A stretch of DNA of 57,906 bases from a virus. Lineage: Duplodnaviria; Caudoviricetes. The stretch spans positions 1 to 57,906 of IMG/VR virus record IMGVR_UViG_3300020147_000010, one strand, 5' to 3'. This document shows positions 8,282-16,143 of the stretch, one piece after another. The notes under the pieces are model-generated. The model was not told the DNA's origin, did not search any database, and saw nothing but the letters and a program-made list of their open reading frames with translations. The first letter of the stretch is position 1. Every line of letters starts with the position of its first letter. The position numbers and the translations under genes were made by a program.

Positions 8282-9988
8282 TCACGGGCAGCAGCCGACG
8301 ACACCGGAGGTGTCGATCGGCACCTGGTACAGGCGCGAGTCGGCGCACATCTTGAGGACCGCGAACCCGTCCTCCGCGAACAGCGCGGTGTACTGGTTGC
8401 GGGTCAGGAGCGCGTTGTCGTAGATGGTGTCCAGGTTCACCACGTCGCGGACCGGCTTGACCCAGGTACCGGCCGGGTAGACCAGGAACTGGACGTTGGC
8501 GGGCCACGCCGTGATGGCGGTCTGGGCACCCGGGCCACCGGCGAGGCCGCTGTAGGCGTCCTGCCAGTCGTAGACGAACCGGGGAACCGCGCCGCGCGTG
8601 GTGAACGCGGCCAGGATCTCGGCGTCCGTGACGTTGATGGCGGCCACGCCCTGGCGACGGGCGAGCGCCGCGCGGATCGGGGCCATGACCCATGCGGGGA
8701 GCACGACCTCCATCGTGGCGTTGCGGCCCATCCGGTGCCGGTAGCGCATGTCCTCGATGGCGAGCTCCACGGCCGACAGCAGCGCGCTGGCCGCGTCGTC
8801 GCCCGAGGCGTCCGCCGCGATGGTGACCGGCGCGCCGGAACCGGCGACGATGCGCGAGATCACGGCCTCGTTCACCTTGTGGGCCAGCGCGACCATTGCG
8901 CCCCGGGTGAACCGGGTGACGGCCTCGGGGTAGCCCCGGCGCTGGAGGAGCGAGCCGGTGATGCACACGTAGGCCACGTCCAGCCGGACCTCCACGAAGT
9001 CCGGGCACGGGATCTCGACACAGACCTTTTCGACGCCGTTCTCCACGTCGTACTCGGTCAGGATCACGTCCCCCTCGTCACCGATGGAGTCGTAGATCGT
9101 GGAGAAGTTCGGGCCGCCGTCGTCCGGGACGAAGAACCCGCCGCGCGTGGCCTGGACCTCCGGGATGTCCAGCATCCCGTCCAGGGTCTCCAGCTCGCAC
9201 AGGTCGTAGATCGTCTCGGACGGGGCACACCAGCCCACGGCCGCCGTCAGGCTCTTGCCCGCGTTGACCTGGGCGGTCATCGACGCGACCAGCGAGCCAC
9301 CGGGGAGGCGGCTCTCCTGGGTCGCGTAGTCGAGCACCCGGAGCGCGTCCTTGGTGTCGGTGATCCGGAGGTTGTCCGGGAACTGGCGGGTGAACGCCAC
9401 GTTGCCGTGACGGACGACGGACCGGCCGCCCATCTTGAACCGGCCCGCACCGGCGTAGCGACCGGCCACCTCGGCGTCCGAGAGCTGGCGCTTGCCCGCC
9501 GGGTACGAGGCCAGGCGGCGCTCGATCAGCTCACCGGCCGCGCCGAACGAGGCCAGCTCGCCGCCGACGCCCGGGGCGTCCGCGCTGGCGACCATGACCG
9601 CGAACCGCTCGGGCTCGGTCTCGGGGGCCGGGTCCAGCGTGCCGCCACCGGCCGGGACCGGCTCGGTGCCGCCCGGGGCCGGGGCCGGAACAGGGGCCGG
9701 GGTGGGGGTCGGCTCGGGGGCCGGGGTGGGCTCCGGGGCCGGGGTCGGCTCGGCCAGACCGGCGGCCAGCTCCTGGCGCGCGGCGGCGGCCTGAGCGGCG
9801 AGCTCGGTCCGGCGGGTGTCCTCGGCGGTGACGCTGGCGAACAGCTCGCGCGTCGCCACGAGGAGGTCGGCGCTGGCGTTGTCGTCGGCCAGCGTGGTCC
9901 GGGCGAAGTCGCGGACCTGGGTCTGGAAGGCCGCGAACTGGTCCGCGCTGAGCGCGGTCAGGTCGGCCGGGATCTCGAACGGGAACAT
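8282..9988 (-). CDS. Major capsid (hexamer) protein with N-terminal scaffold-like extension
   Basis: N-terminal coiled coil plus EPTPAP linker, then AAVGWCAPSETIYDLC, CVEIPCPDF, LDTIYDNALL..NQYTALFAEDG. Confidence 0.9.
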   Translation of the reverse strand: MFPFEIPADLTALSADQFAAFQTQVRDFARTTLADDNASADLLVATRELFASVTAEDTRRTELAAQAAAARQELAAGLAEPTPAPEPTPAPEPTPTPAPVPAPAPGGTEPVPAGGGTLDPAPETEPERFAVMVASADAPGVGGELASFGAAGELIERRLASYPAGKRQLSDAEVAGRYAGAGRFKMGGRSVVRHGNVAFTRQFPDNLRITDTKDALRVLDYATQESRLPGGSLVASMTAQVNAGKSLTAAVGWCAPSETIYDLCELETLDGMLDIPEVQATRGGFFVPDDGGPNFSTIYDSIGDEGDVILTEYDVENGVEKVCVEIPCPDFVEVRLDVAYVCITGSLLQRRGYPEAVTRFTRGAMVALAHKVNEAVISRIVAGSGAPVTIAADASGDDAASALLSAVELAIEDMRYRHRMGRNATMEVVLPAWVMAPIRAALARRQGVAAINVTDAEILAAFTTRGAVPRFVYDWQDAYSGLAGGPGAQTAITAWPANVQFLVYPAGTWVKPVRDVVNLDTIYDNALLTRNQYTALFAEDGFAVLKMCADSRLYQVPIDTSGVVGCCP

Positions 9989-10119
9989 GTGGTCCGTCCT
10001 TCAGTCGGTCGGTGGTGCCTGATCGACTCCCCGCCGGACCGAATCCTGACACTGGGATGTCAAGCGCGATCGTAGCACCGGCGCGGACAACCTGGTCCGG
10101 ATGTCCTCTCCCCAGGGTG

Positions 10120-10148
10120 TTGACACTCCACAGTCATGGCTGTAATGT
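10120..10148 (+). promoter_or_regulatory. Sigma70/HrdB-like early promoter overlapped by a TGAC-N8-GTCA site
   Basis: TTGACA-N17-TAATGT. Confidence 0.8.
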
Positions 10149-10198
10149 TCTGGGTGTGAGGGGGACAGGCCCCCGGAGAACCGGAAGGATCACCGACG

Positions 10199-10930
10199 AT
10201 GAGCACCCAGACCCGCGAGCGGAACTACACCAAGAACCCCCACACGGCCCGCTTCCTCCAGGTCTTCCACTCGGGCATCGGGACCAACGGCGTCAACTAC
10301 CGGGAGGGCATCGTGACCGAGGAGAAGGCGCTGGAGCTGGAGGCCAACCAGGACGGGGACCTCCTGGACCTGGTGGACGACAGCGAGGTCCGCGACCTCC
10401 GGACCCCCGGCCAGGTCCGGTTCATGGACGAGCTGGTGGCCCGCATCACCCGGCTGGACGCCGAGACCGGGGAGGCCGCTCGGGCCTACACCCAGGGCAT
10501 GACCGAGCACGGCAAGTGGACCCCGGGCCGCGAGGGCAACGCCAGCGCCTGGATTGACCGGATGCTGGGCAAGGAGCGCGAGCTGAAGGCGGCGGCTCCG
10601 GCCCCGACCACCGGCCCGGCCGCCGAGGTCCCGAACGGCCGGTACGCGGTGGAGGAGGACGGCACCCTGAAGTTCTTCCACGTCCGCAACGGCAAGGCCG
10701 GGACGCGCTGGGAGGGCTTCACCTTCCTGGACATCCAGGCGTCGGACGAGACCTACGCCATCCGGGACCGCGCCCGGAAGGCCGCCATCCTGGCGACCAT
10801 CGCGGCCGACCTGGAGGGGGCCAGCCGCCGGTACGGCCAGGAGCTCGGGACGTGCGGCCGGTGCGGCCGGACGCTGACCAACGACGAGAGCCGGGCCTAC
10901 GGCATCGGCCCGGAGTGCCGCAAGAAGTGA
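10199..10930 (+). CDS. DUF6011-like protein with C-terminal zinc ribbon
   Basis: CGRCGRTLTNDESRAYGIGPEC at C-terminus; VPNGRYAV...LKFF motif; RBS and promoter upstream. Confidence 0.8.
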   Translation: MSTQTRERNYTKNPHTARFLQVFHSGIGTNGVNYREGIVTEEKALELEANQDGDLLDLVDDSEVRDLRTPGQVRFMDELVARITRLDAETGEAARAYTQGMTEHGKWTPGREGNASAWIDRMLGKERELKAAAPAPTTGPAAEVPNGRYAVEEDGTLKFFHVRNGKAGTRWEGFTFLDIQASDETYAIRDRARKAAILATIAADLEGASRRYGQELGTCGRCGRTLTNDESRAYGIGPECRKK

Positions 10931-10983
10931 CCACCGAGGGGGAGGGCTCCGGCCCTCCCCCGCCAGCCCCCGAGGAGGGCGTG

Positions 10984-11223
10984 ATGGGCAGGGCGTACGA
11001 GAAGGGCATCCGGGCCGCCCAGGCGGCCGTGGCCGAGGTGGGCGCGCCGCGCGAGCGGACCGAGCCCCGGAGCCGCGAGGAGGTGGAGTCGTTCGTGAAG
11101 GGGTTCGGCATGTCGGCGGCGGCCACCCGGCGGATCGTGGACGAGTGGTGCGCAGACCAGCAGCGCGCCCGGGATGCGGGCTGGGAGGCCCACGCGGACA
11201 GCGTGTATTACGACCAGTGGTGA
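10984..11223 (+). CDS. Hypothetical protein
   Basis: GAGGAGG RBS before GTG/ATG; phage-like codon usage. Confidence 0.65.
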   Translation: MGRAYEKGIRAAQAAVAEVGAPRERTEPRSREEVESFVKGFGMSAAATRRIVDEWCADQQRARDAGWEAHADSVYYDQW

Positions 11224-11255
11224 CCGGCCGACAGCCGCGCCGGTAAGGTGGTGGG

Positions 11256-11567
11256 ATGGAGATCCTGGAGATTCGCCCGGCGCGCGTCAGCGCCGGGCTG
11301 GTCGCCATCGGGGACATGCTGGTCACGTCCCCGATCGGCGCGAACGGACCGAGGCCGAGCCAGTGGATCGGCGCGGTGACCGAGCACGTGATCGTGGAGG
11401 AGCGCCCAGACCCGGAGCGCGAGGGCGAGACCATCGCGGTCCCCGAGGCCGAGGCCAAGCTGTGGCGCAAGTGGCGCGTGGGCCGCGTGGACGGGACCAA
11501 CGTGGAGACCGCCGTCGTCCCGGCGGACGGCTGGGTCTGGGTCCACCTCCCCATCGTTACCGGCTGA
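11256..11567 (+). CDS. Hypothetical protein
   Basis: TAAGGT -10 6 nt before the ATG (leaderless); followed by a hairpin. Confidence 0.7.
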   Translation: MEILEIRPARVSAGLVAIGDMLVTSPIGANGPRPSQWIGAVTEHVIVEERPDPEREGETIAVPEAEAKLWRKWRVGRVDGTNVETAVVPADGWVWVHLPIVTG

Positions 11568-11660
11568 CCGAGGCCCGGCCCCGTGCCGGGCCTCTCTCGG
11601 TGGCAACTTTGCAGTCCGTACGGTAAGGTAGAGCGAACAGGACGAGGAAGGGGAGGGGCC

Positions 11661-12341
11661 ATGCCCGCCATTACCGAGGAGCACCCGGTCCAGCCGGGGG
11701 CCACCATCACGAACGGCTCCAGCGCGCTCCGGATCACGGCGCGCGAGGAGCGCTCCACCCGCTGGCACGGCCCGGCCTGGCGCGGTCTGTGCGTCCCGCT
11801 GGAGGCATTCGGCGGCAACGCCGGGATGTCGGACAGCGTGCCGGACTACCTCCTGGGCTCGTGGCGTCACGTGCCGTTCGAGTGGGAGCCGGTCACCGGC
11901 GGCGGGGTGGAGGAGCGCTACGTGTGGACCGCCGACTGGTCCCGGCTCCAGCGCGAGGTCCGGCCGGTCCAGCCGGTCCACCTCCGCAACGGCTCCAGTT
12001 ACACGGGGGCCGAGTGCCGGGGGACCTGGGACGACAAGCTGTACCCCGAGGGGCCGACCGAGCTCACCACCGACCTGGACGCCGTGACGTGCCGCGCGTG
12101 CAAGGCCCACATGGTGGCCGAGGGCCAGTGCTCGGCGTGCGGCGCGTACCGGCTGGTCTGGTCGGCCGGGCCGGTCAAGCTGAACGGCATCGTGGACGGG
12201 CGGCTCACCATGCACGACGTGGAGACCCGGTTCTACCTCGGGTGCGAGGAGTGCTCCGAGACGCTGATCCACAACGTCAGCCCGGACGAGGTGGCCGCCG
12301 CGCTCACGGCGCGCCGCTGGCGGCCGGAGCCCCGCCGGTGA
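11661..12341 (+). CDS. Hypothetical Zn-finger protein
   Basis: GGGAGG RBS at 11661 start; CRAC, CSAC, CEEC motifs. Confidence 0.7.
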   Translation: MPAITEEHPVQPGATITNGSSALRITAREERSTRWHGPAWRGLCVPLEAFGGNAGMSDSVPDYLLGSWRHVPFEWEPVTGGGVEERYVWTADWSRLQREVRPVQPVHLRNGSSYTGAECRGTWDDKLYPEGPTELTTDLDAVTCRACKAHMVAEGQCSACGAYRLVWSAGPVKLNGIVDGRLTMHDVETRFYLGCEECSETLIHNVSPDEVAAALTARRWRPEPRR

Positions 12342-12622
12342 GCGCCACGGCGCGGCCAGCGCGGTGGTGGGAGACGGACGGCCCGATCCCCGAGGGACGC
12401 CAGGGCCGCCTCGTCTCCCCGGCCGGACGCTCCGGCACGGTGACGTGCCCCGAGTGCGGCCAGAACCCGGTGGTCTACAACGGGAACTATTTCTGTGACG
12501 GCTGGGTCTTCCCCGGCCCGGCGCGCCGCGAGGACGGCGAGTGCGAGTGGGCGCTGGCGCACCCGGCCACGACCAAGCGGGACCGGGCATTCTGCGACCT
12601 GGTGGGCCTGGACTATGAGTGA
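12338..12622 (+). CDS. Hypothetical Zn-ribbon protein
   Basis: GTGA-coupled; CPECGQNPVVYNGNYFC. Confidence 0.7.
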   Translation: MSATARPARWWETDGPIPEGRQGRLVSPAGRSGTVTCPECGQNPVVYNGNYFCDGWVFPGPARREDGECEWALAHPATTKRDRAFCDLVGLDYE

Positions 12623-12890
12623 CCCGCTCCCCCCGCTGTGCGGCCCGTGCTCGGCGGAGAGCGCGCGCTGGCTGGACACCCGGCCGAGCGTGCTCCTCCC
12701 CCGGGCCGGGTTCGCCCACGGCTCCGGCGCGGCGTACGACGTGAGCCCGGCCGGGCTCCGGGACAACGGCCGGGCGCGGCACGCCGAGTGGGCGGCCACG
12801 GTGCGCTTCCAGCGGCGGCTCGTGGCCGAGGGATGCCGGGCCGGGCGGCACGCCAGCCCCCGTGTTGACACTTCACAGTCAACGCTGTAA
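12615..12890 (+). CDS. Hypothetical protein
   Basis: Overlaps upstream stop; CGPC...C..GRH. Confidence 0.6.
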   Translation: MSDPLPPLCGPCSAESARWLDTRPSVLLPRAGFAHGSGAAYDVSPAGLRDNGRARHAEWAATVRFQRRLVAEGCRAGRHASPRVDTSQSTL

Positions 12891-12893
12891 TGT
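12865..12893 (+). promoter_or_regulatory. Early promoter with TGAC-N8-GTCA site
   Basis: TTGACA-N17-TAATGT, near-identical to the 10120 promoter. Confidence 0.8.
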
Positions 12894-12948
12894 TCTGGGT
12901 GTCGGGGCGAGCGGCCCCGGTTGAAAACTCCAGAGAGGCACAGCGGAC

Positions 12949-13152
12949 ATGAGCATCGTTGAGGCGCACGTCACGATCAACAGCAACCCGGACACCGCGC
13001 ACATCGGCCGTTACACCGTCCAGACCTTCCGCGACGGACGGCCCGGCCCGATCAAGGTCACCGCCGAGCCCGCCGAGCTGGTCCGCCAGCTCACGGCCAA
13101 GGGCCTGGAGCACGGGGTGTTCGTGGAGCTGGTGGACAACACCGGCGAGTGA
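12949..13152 (+). CDS. Hypothetical protein (67 aa)
   Basis: Follows promoter and GAGAGG RBS; followed by a terminator. Confidence 0.75.
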   Translation: MSIVEAHVTINSNPDTAHIGRYTVQTFRDGRPGPIKVTAEPAELVRQLTAKGLEHGVFVELVDNTGE

Positions 13153-13157
13153 GAGAC

Positions 13158-13187
13158 AAGGCCCCCGGCACCCGCCGGGGGCCTTGC
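13158..13187 (+). terminator. Intrinsic terminator-like hairpin
   Basis: CAAGGCCCCCGGC-accc-GCCGGGGGCCTTG. Confidence 0.65.
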
Positions 13188-13219
13188 TACTTTGTAGCCC
13201 GTGCTGTAAGGTAGTCCGT

Positions 13220-13396
13220 ATGAGCCAGAACAAGAACGACAAGCCCCACGCCGGACACCAGGAAGGGATGGAGTACGAGCGGGACCAGGCCGACACCCGG
13301 CCCGAGAAGGGCCGCCTGTTCGTCAAGCGCGGTGACGGGTCGGTCCTCCTGACCCAGACGGACAAGACGTTCGGCGGCAAGAAGGGCAAGAAGTAA
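13220..13396 (+). CDS. Small basic protein (58 aa)
   Basis: MSQNKNDKPHAGHQEG...GGKKGKK; leaderless after TAAGGT. Confidence 0.65.
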   Translation: MSQNKNDKPHAGHQEGMEYERDQADTRPEKGRLFVKRGDGSVLLTQTDKTFGGKKGKK

Positions 13397-13410
13397 CCCA
13401 CCGAGACGAG

Positions 13411-13443
13411 GAAGGCCCCCGGCAACGTTGCCGGGGGCCTTCT
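13411..13443. terminator. Bidirectional terminator-like palindrome between convergent genes
   Basis: AAGGCCCCCGGCAACGTTGCCGGGGGCCTT palindrome. Confidence 0.65.
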
Positions 13444-13503
13444 CCGCATCCCGGCCCACGGGGGAGGCCGGGGAGCTGGGCCGCTTCCGCCCAGCTCGCG
13501 CCA

Positions 13504-13656
13504 CTAGGTGGTGGCGGGCTTGATCACCTTACTGCCCGGGTGCTTGGCCGCGAACGCCGTAGCGGCGGCCTCGCTGGTCTTGGTGACCTTCAGGCCACCC
13601 GGGAGCTGGACCTGGTAGGTCCCCCGGTTCTTGGCCCCCTTGCACGCACACGCCAT
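13504..13656 (-). CDS. Small head-module protein (MACACK..., 50 aa), not in ORF track
   Basis: MACACKGAKNRGTYQVQLPGGLKVTKTSEAAATAFAAKHPG; MxCxC micro-proteins typically follow the protease in related actinophages. Confidence 0.7.
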   Translation of the reverse strand: MACACKGAKNRGTYQVQLPGGLKVTKTSEAAATAFAAKHPGSKVIKPATT

Positions 13657-13659
13657 CGT

Positions 13660-15090
13660 CTACTCCCCTCCCAGCGCGGCGGCCAGCGCCGCGCGCTCCT
13701 CGTCCAGCTTGGCACGGTCGGCCGCCAGCACCGGCTCCAGGTCGGCCGCCAGCGCGGCGCGCTCGGCCTGGGCGCGCCGGTCCTCCGCCAGGGCGGCCCG
13801 GACGGCCCCCTGGATGTCCAGCTCCCCGACCTTGAACGCCAGCGCCGGACCGGCGTCGGCGTCCGGCCCCAGCGCGGCCGTGAGGGCCACCTGGCGGCCC
13901 GCCCGGCTGAAGGTGCCCGGGATCGGGAACCCCGGCTCCGAGTGCCGCCGGGGGCCGGGCGAGAGCGCCAGCACCTCGACCAGGCTCAGGCCGTCCGGCG
14001 TCTCGCGCCAGTCGCCCGAGACCTTGCGCCGGTCCAGCGCCGCGCGGTGCGGGCTGTCCTCGGGGAGCTCGATCACGCCGCTGACCACGATGCCGTGGGC
14101 GTCGCTGTAGGCGCGCACGTGGGCGGCCGTGGCCTTGCCGTCGTAGACGGCCATCGTCCGGGGCGCGTCCAGGCTCAGCCCGGCGTGCTGGCCGCCGACC
14201 GTGATCCGGCCCGCCCACACGGTGCCGCCGTCCTCGGTCTCGACCGGGTAGCGGTTGAACGCCGCGTACGCGCCGCTCTCGTCCTTGGGCGCGGTCACGC
14301 ACACGTCCGAGTAACCCACGTGGCAGGTCTGCCAGGTGGCGATGTGGCCGAACACCCGGCCGGTCTCCCAGTCCCAGGTGATCGGCGTGGGGCCGTCCAG
14401 CTCGGGGAGGGCGAACGCGCCGACCGGCGGCCGGGTGCGCTCGGTGCCGCCGATGCTGGCGATGAGCGCGGCGGCCTTCTTGGTCTCCTCGGCCTCGTCC
14501 TCTTCGGGGTCGGCCGCGATGAGCTCCAGCGGCCGGGAGGTCTCAGCGAACGCCGGGATGGTCACCAGCGTGGCCGCGCGCACGCGGCCCTTGGTGATCA
14601 GGAGCTCCATCTTGGGCTCCTCCCCGTGCTCCTCGTAGTACGCCTCCACGGCCTCCCACGTCACGGGCTCGTCCGAGCCCTCGAACACCGGCGAGCCCTC
14701 GAACGAGTCCAGGTCCACCGAGGGGCCGAGCGTGCCAGCGCCCATCAGGTGCATCGCCTCGGCCACGTCCTCGGCCAGGCGCGGCATCTCCTCGCGGCTC
14801 ACGCCGTCGAACAGCTCGCCCTTGGCCCAGACGGCCTCCAGCTTGCCGTCCAGGCCCTTGGCCTTCTCGGCCGTGATGTAGTCCTGGGCCAGCGCTTCCT
14901 TGACGGTCAGGACGGCGGCCTCCTGGACCACGCCCACGGCCACCGCGCCGTTGTGCCCGCCCTCGCGCTCGCGCACCCACTCGAACGAGAACGGCGTCTG
15001 GTCCAGCTCGATCCCGCCGCTGGCGAACCGGCGGCCGTCGCCCGTGCTGAGCCCGATCGGTGCGAGCATCGTCCGGAACTTGGTTCCCAT
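13660..15090 (-). CDS. Capsid maturation protease
   Basis: Start ATG 15090 with GGAGGA RBS; TGDGRRF, GRVRAATLVTIPAF, GRVFGHIATW, VSGDWR, PGFPI motifs. Confidence 0.8.
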   Translation of the reverse strand: MGTKFRTMLAPIGLSTGDGRRFASGGIELDQTPFSFEWVREREGGHNGAVAVGVVQEAAVLTVKEALAQDYITAEKAKGLDGKLEAVWAKGELFDGVSREEMPRLAEDVAEAMHLMGAGTLGPSVDLDSFEGSPVFEGSDEPVTWEAVEAYYEEHGEEPKMELLITKGRVRAATLVTIPAFAETSRPLELIAADPEEDEAEETKKAAALIASIGGTERTRPPVGAFALPELDGPTPITWDWETGRVFGHIATWQTCHVGYSDVCVTAPKDESGAYAAFNRYPVETEDGGTVWAGRITVGGQHAGLSLDAPRTMAVYDGKATAAHVRAYSDAHGIVVSGVIELPEDSPHRAALDRRKVSGDWRETPDGLSLVEVLALSPGPRRHSEPGFPIPGTFSRAGRQVALTAALGPDADAGPALAFKVGELDIQGAVRAALAEDRRAQAERAALAADLEPVLAADRAKLDEERAALAAALGGE

Positions 15091-15113
15091 GTCTTCCTCC
15101 TCCTGGGGCCAGG

Positions 15114-15938
15114 CTACCGGGACCGGCGCATCTGGCGGTTGCTGAGATCGACGGTCTCCCCGGGCTCCACCAACAGCATGGTGCACCGGCACTGGATGAC
15201 CTCCTGGGGAGGCCCGCTCGGGTCGCCCGGGAAACGGAGGTCGAACCCGCCCACGCTGAACGTGCCGCCGACCGGTACCCGCTGGCCCTCGGCCGCCCGG
15301 TGGCTGGGCCGGGTCCGGCTGTCCGAGGTCGCCAGCCAGAACATCTCCAGGTCGTCCCCGGACTCCTCGGCCACCACGCGGAACGCCTCGGCGCGCCCGG
15401 CGTTCATCGCGCCGATGGCCTCGGTGCGGGCCACGACCACGGCGCGGTTCTGCCAGCGCTCGCTCCCCGTCGTTGACAGAACAGTGTCAACGCGCTGGGC
15501 CAGCTTGGGGATCGACTCGCCCAGGTTCACCCCGGCGGCCATCTGTCCGGCCACCAGGTCGTACACCTCGTCCGGCACCCGGACCAGGCGGTTGGTCACC
15601 TCGGCCAGGTAGCGCGTGATGGTCGGCCGCTGATCCCAGGCGTAGTCCTTGCCCAGGATGCGCTCGAACGCCGCGCCGATGGCCTTCCAGATTTCGCCCT
15701 GGACCAGGAGCTCCACGGCCTCGCGCCAGGCCGGGACGCGCGCCCACACGGCGTCCGGGTTCGGGACCGCCGTGTCCCCCCGGAGCACCCGGCGCGCGGT
15801 CTGGACCAACCAGTCCGAGAGCGCCGACCACACGGCCATCCGGATGTCGCGCTCCAGGGCGGCCACCTCCAGCCGGGCGTCCAGCCGCTGGGGGAGCCAG
15901 GGATCGGTCCCCCGGCCGTCCCACACCGGGCCGGTCAT
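15114..15938 (-). CDS. MuF-like minor head protein
   Basis: VARTEA, WLATSDSRTRPSH, LRFPGDP, EVIQCRC. Confidence 0.88.
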   Translation of the reverse strand: MTGPVWDGRGTDPWLPQRLDARLEVAALERDIRMAVWSALSDWLVQTARRVLRGDTAVPNPDAVWARVPAWREAVELLVQGEIWKAIGAAFERILGKDYAWDQRPTITRYLAEVTNRLVRVPDEVYDLVAGQMAAGVNLGESIPKLAQRVDTVLSTTGSERWQNRAVVVARTEAIGAMNAGRAEAFRVVAEESGDDLEMFWLATSDSRTRPSHRAAEGQRVPVGGTFSVGGFDLRFPGDPSGPPQEVIQCRCTMLLVEPGETVDLSNRQMRRSR

Positions 15939-16021
15939 CGCTCGCGCCCCAGCCAGCGGAACGCCGAGCCGGTCAGCACCAGGGCGGAGCCGACCAGCAC
16001 CAGCAACAGCTCGAACGTCAC
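15935..16021 (-). CDS. 28-aa single-TM peptide, not in ORF track
   Basis: MTFELLLVLVGSALVLTGSAFRWLGRER; GGAGG RBS; coupled at both ends. Confidence 0.55.
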   Translation of the reverse strand: MTFELLLVLVGSALVLTGSAFRWLGRER

Positions 16022-16143
16022 CGCTGGTCCTCCTTGGTCGTCGGCCGCTCGCGCTCGGCCTGGGCGCGCGTCGCGCGGAACAGGTCGTCCTCGCGGCTGG
16101 GCGGCACCCGGACCGGGCGCTGGGTGATGCGCTTCTCGGTCAT
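16018..16143 (-). CDS. Small hypothetical protein (41 aa), not in ORF track
   Basis: MTEKRITQRPVRVPPSREDDLF...; ATGA overlap with the portal stop. Confidence 0.55.
   Translation of the reverse strand: MTEKRITQRPVRVPPSREDDLFRATRAQAERERPTTKEDQR

Noticed and set aside
9680-9755. Short tandem DNA repeats in the capsid gene (and 23420-23480 in the lysin)
   Set aside because: Explained by protein low complexity (EPTPAP linker, collagen G-X-Y)
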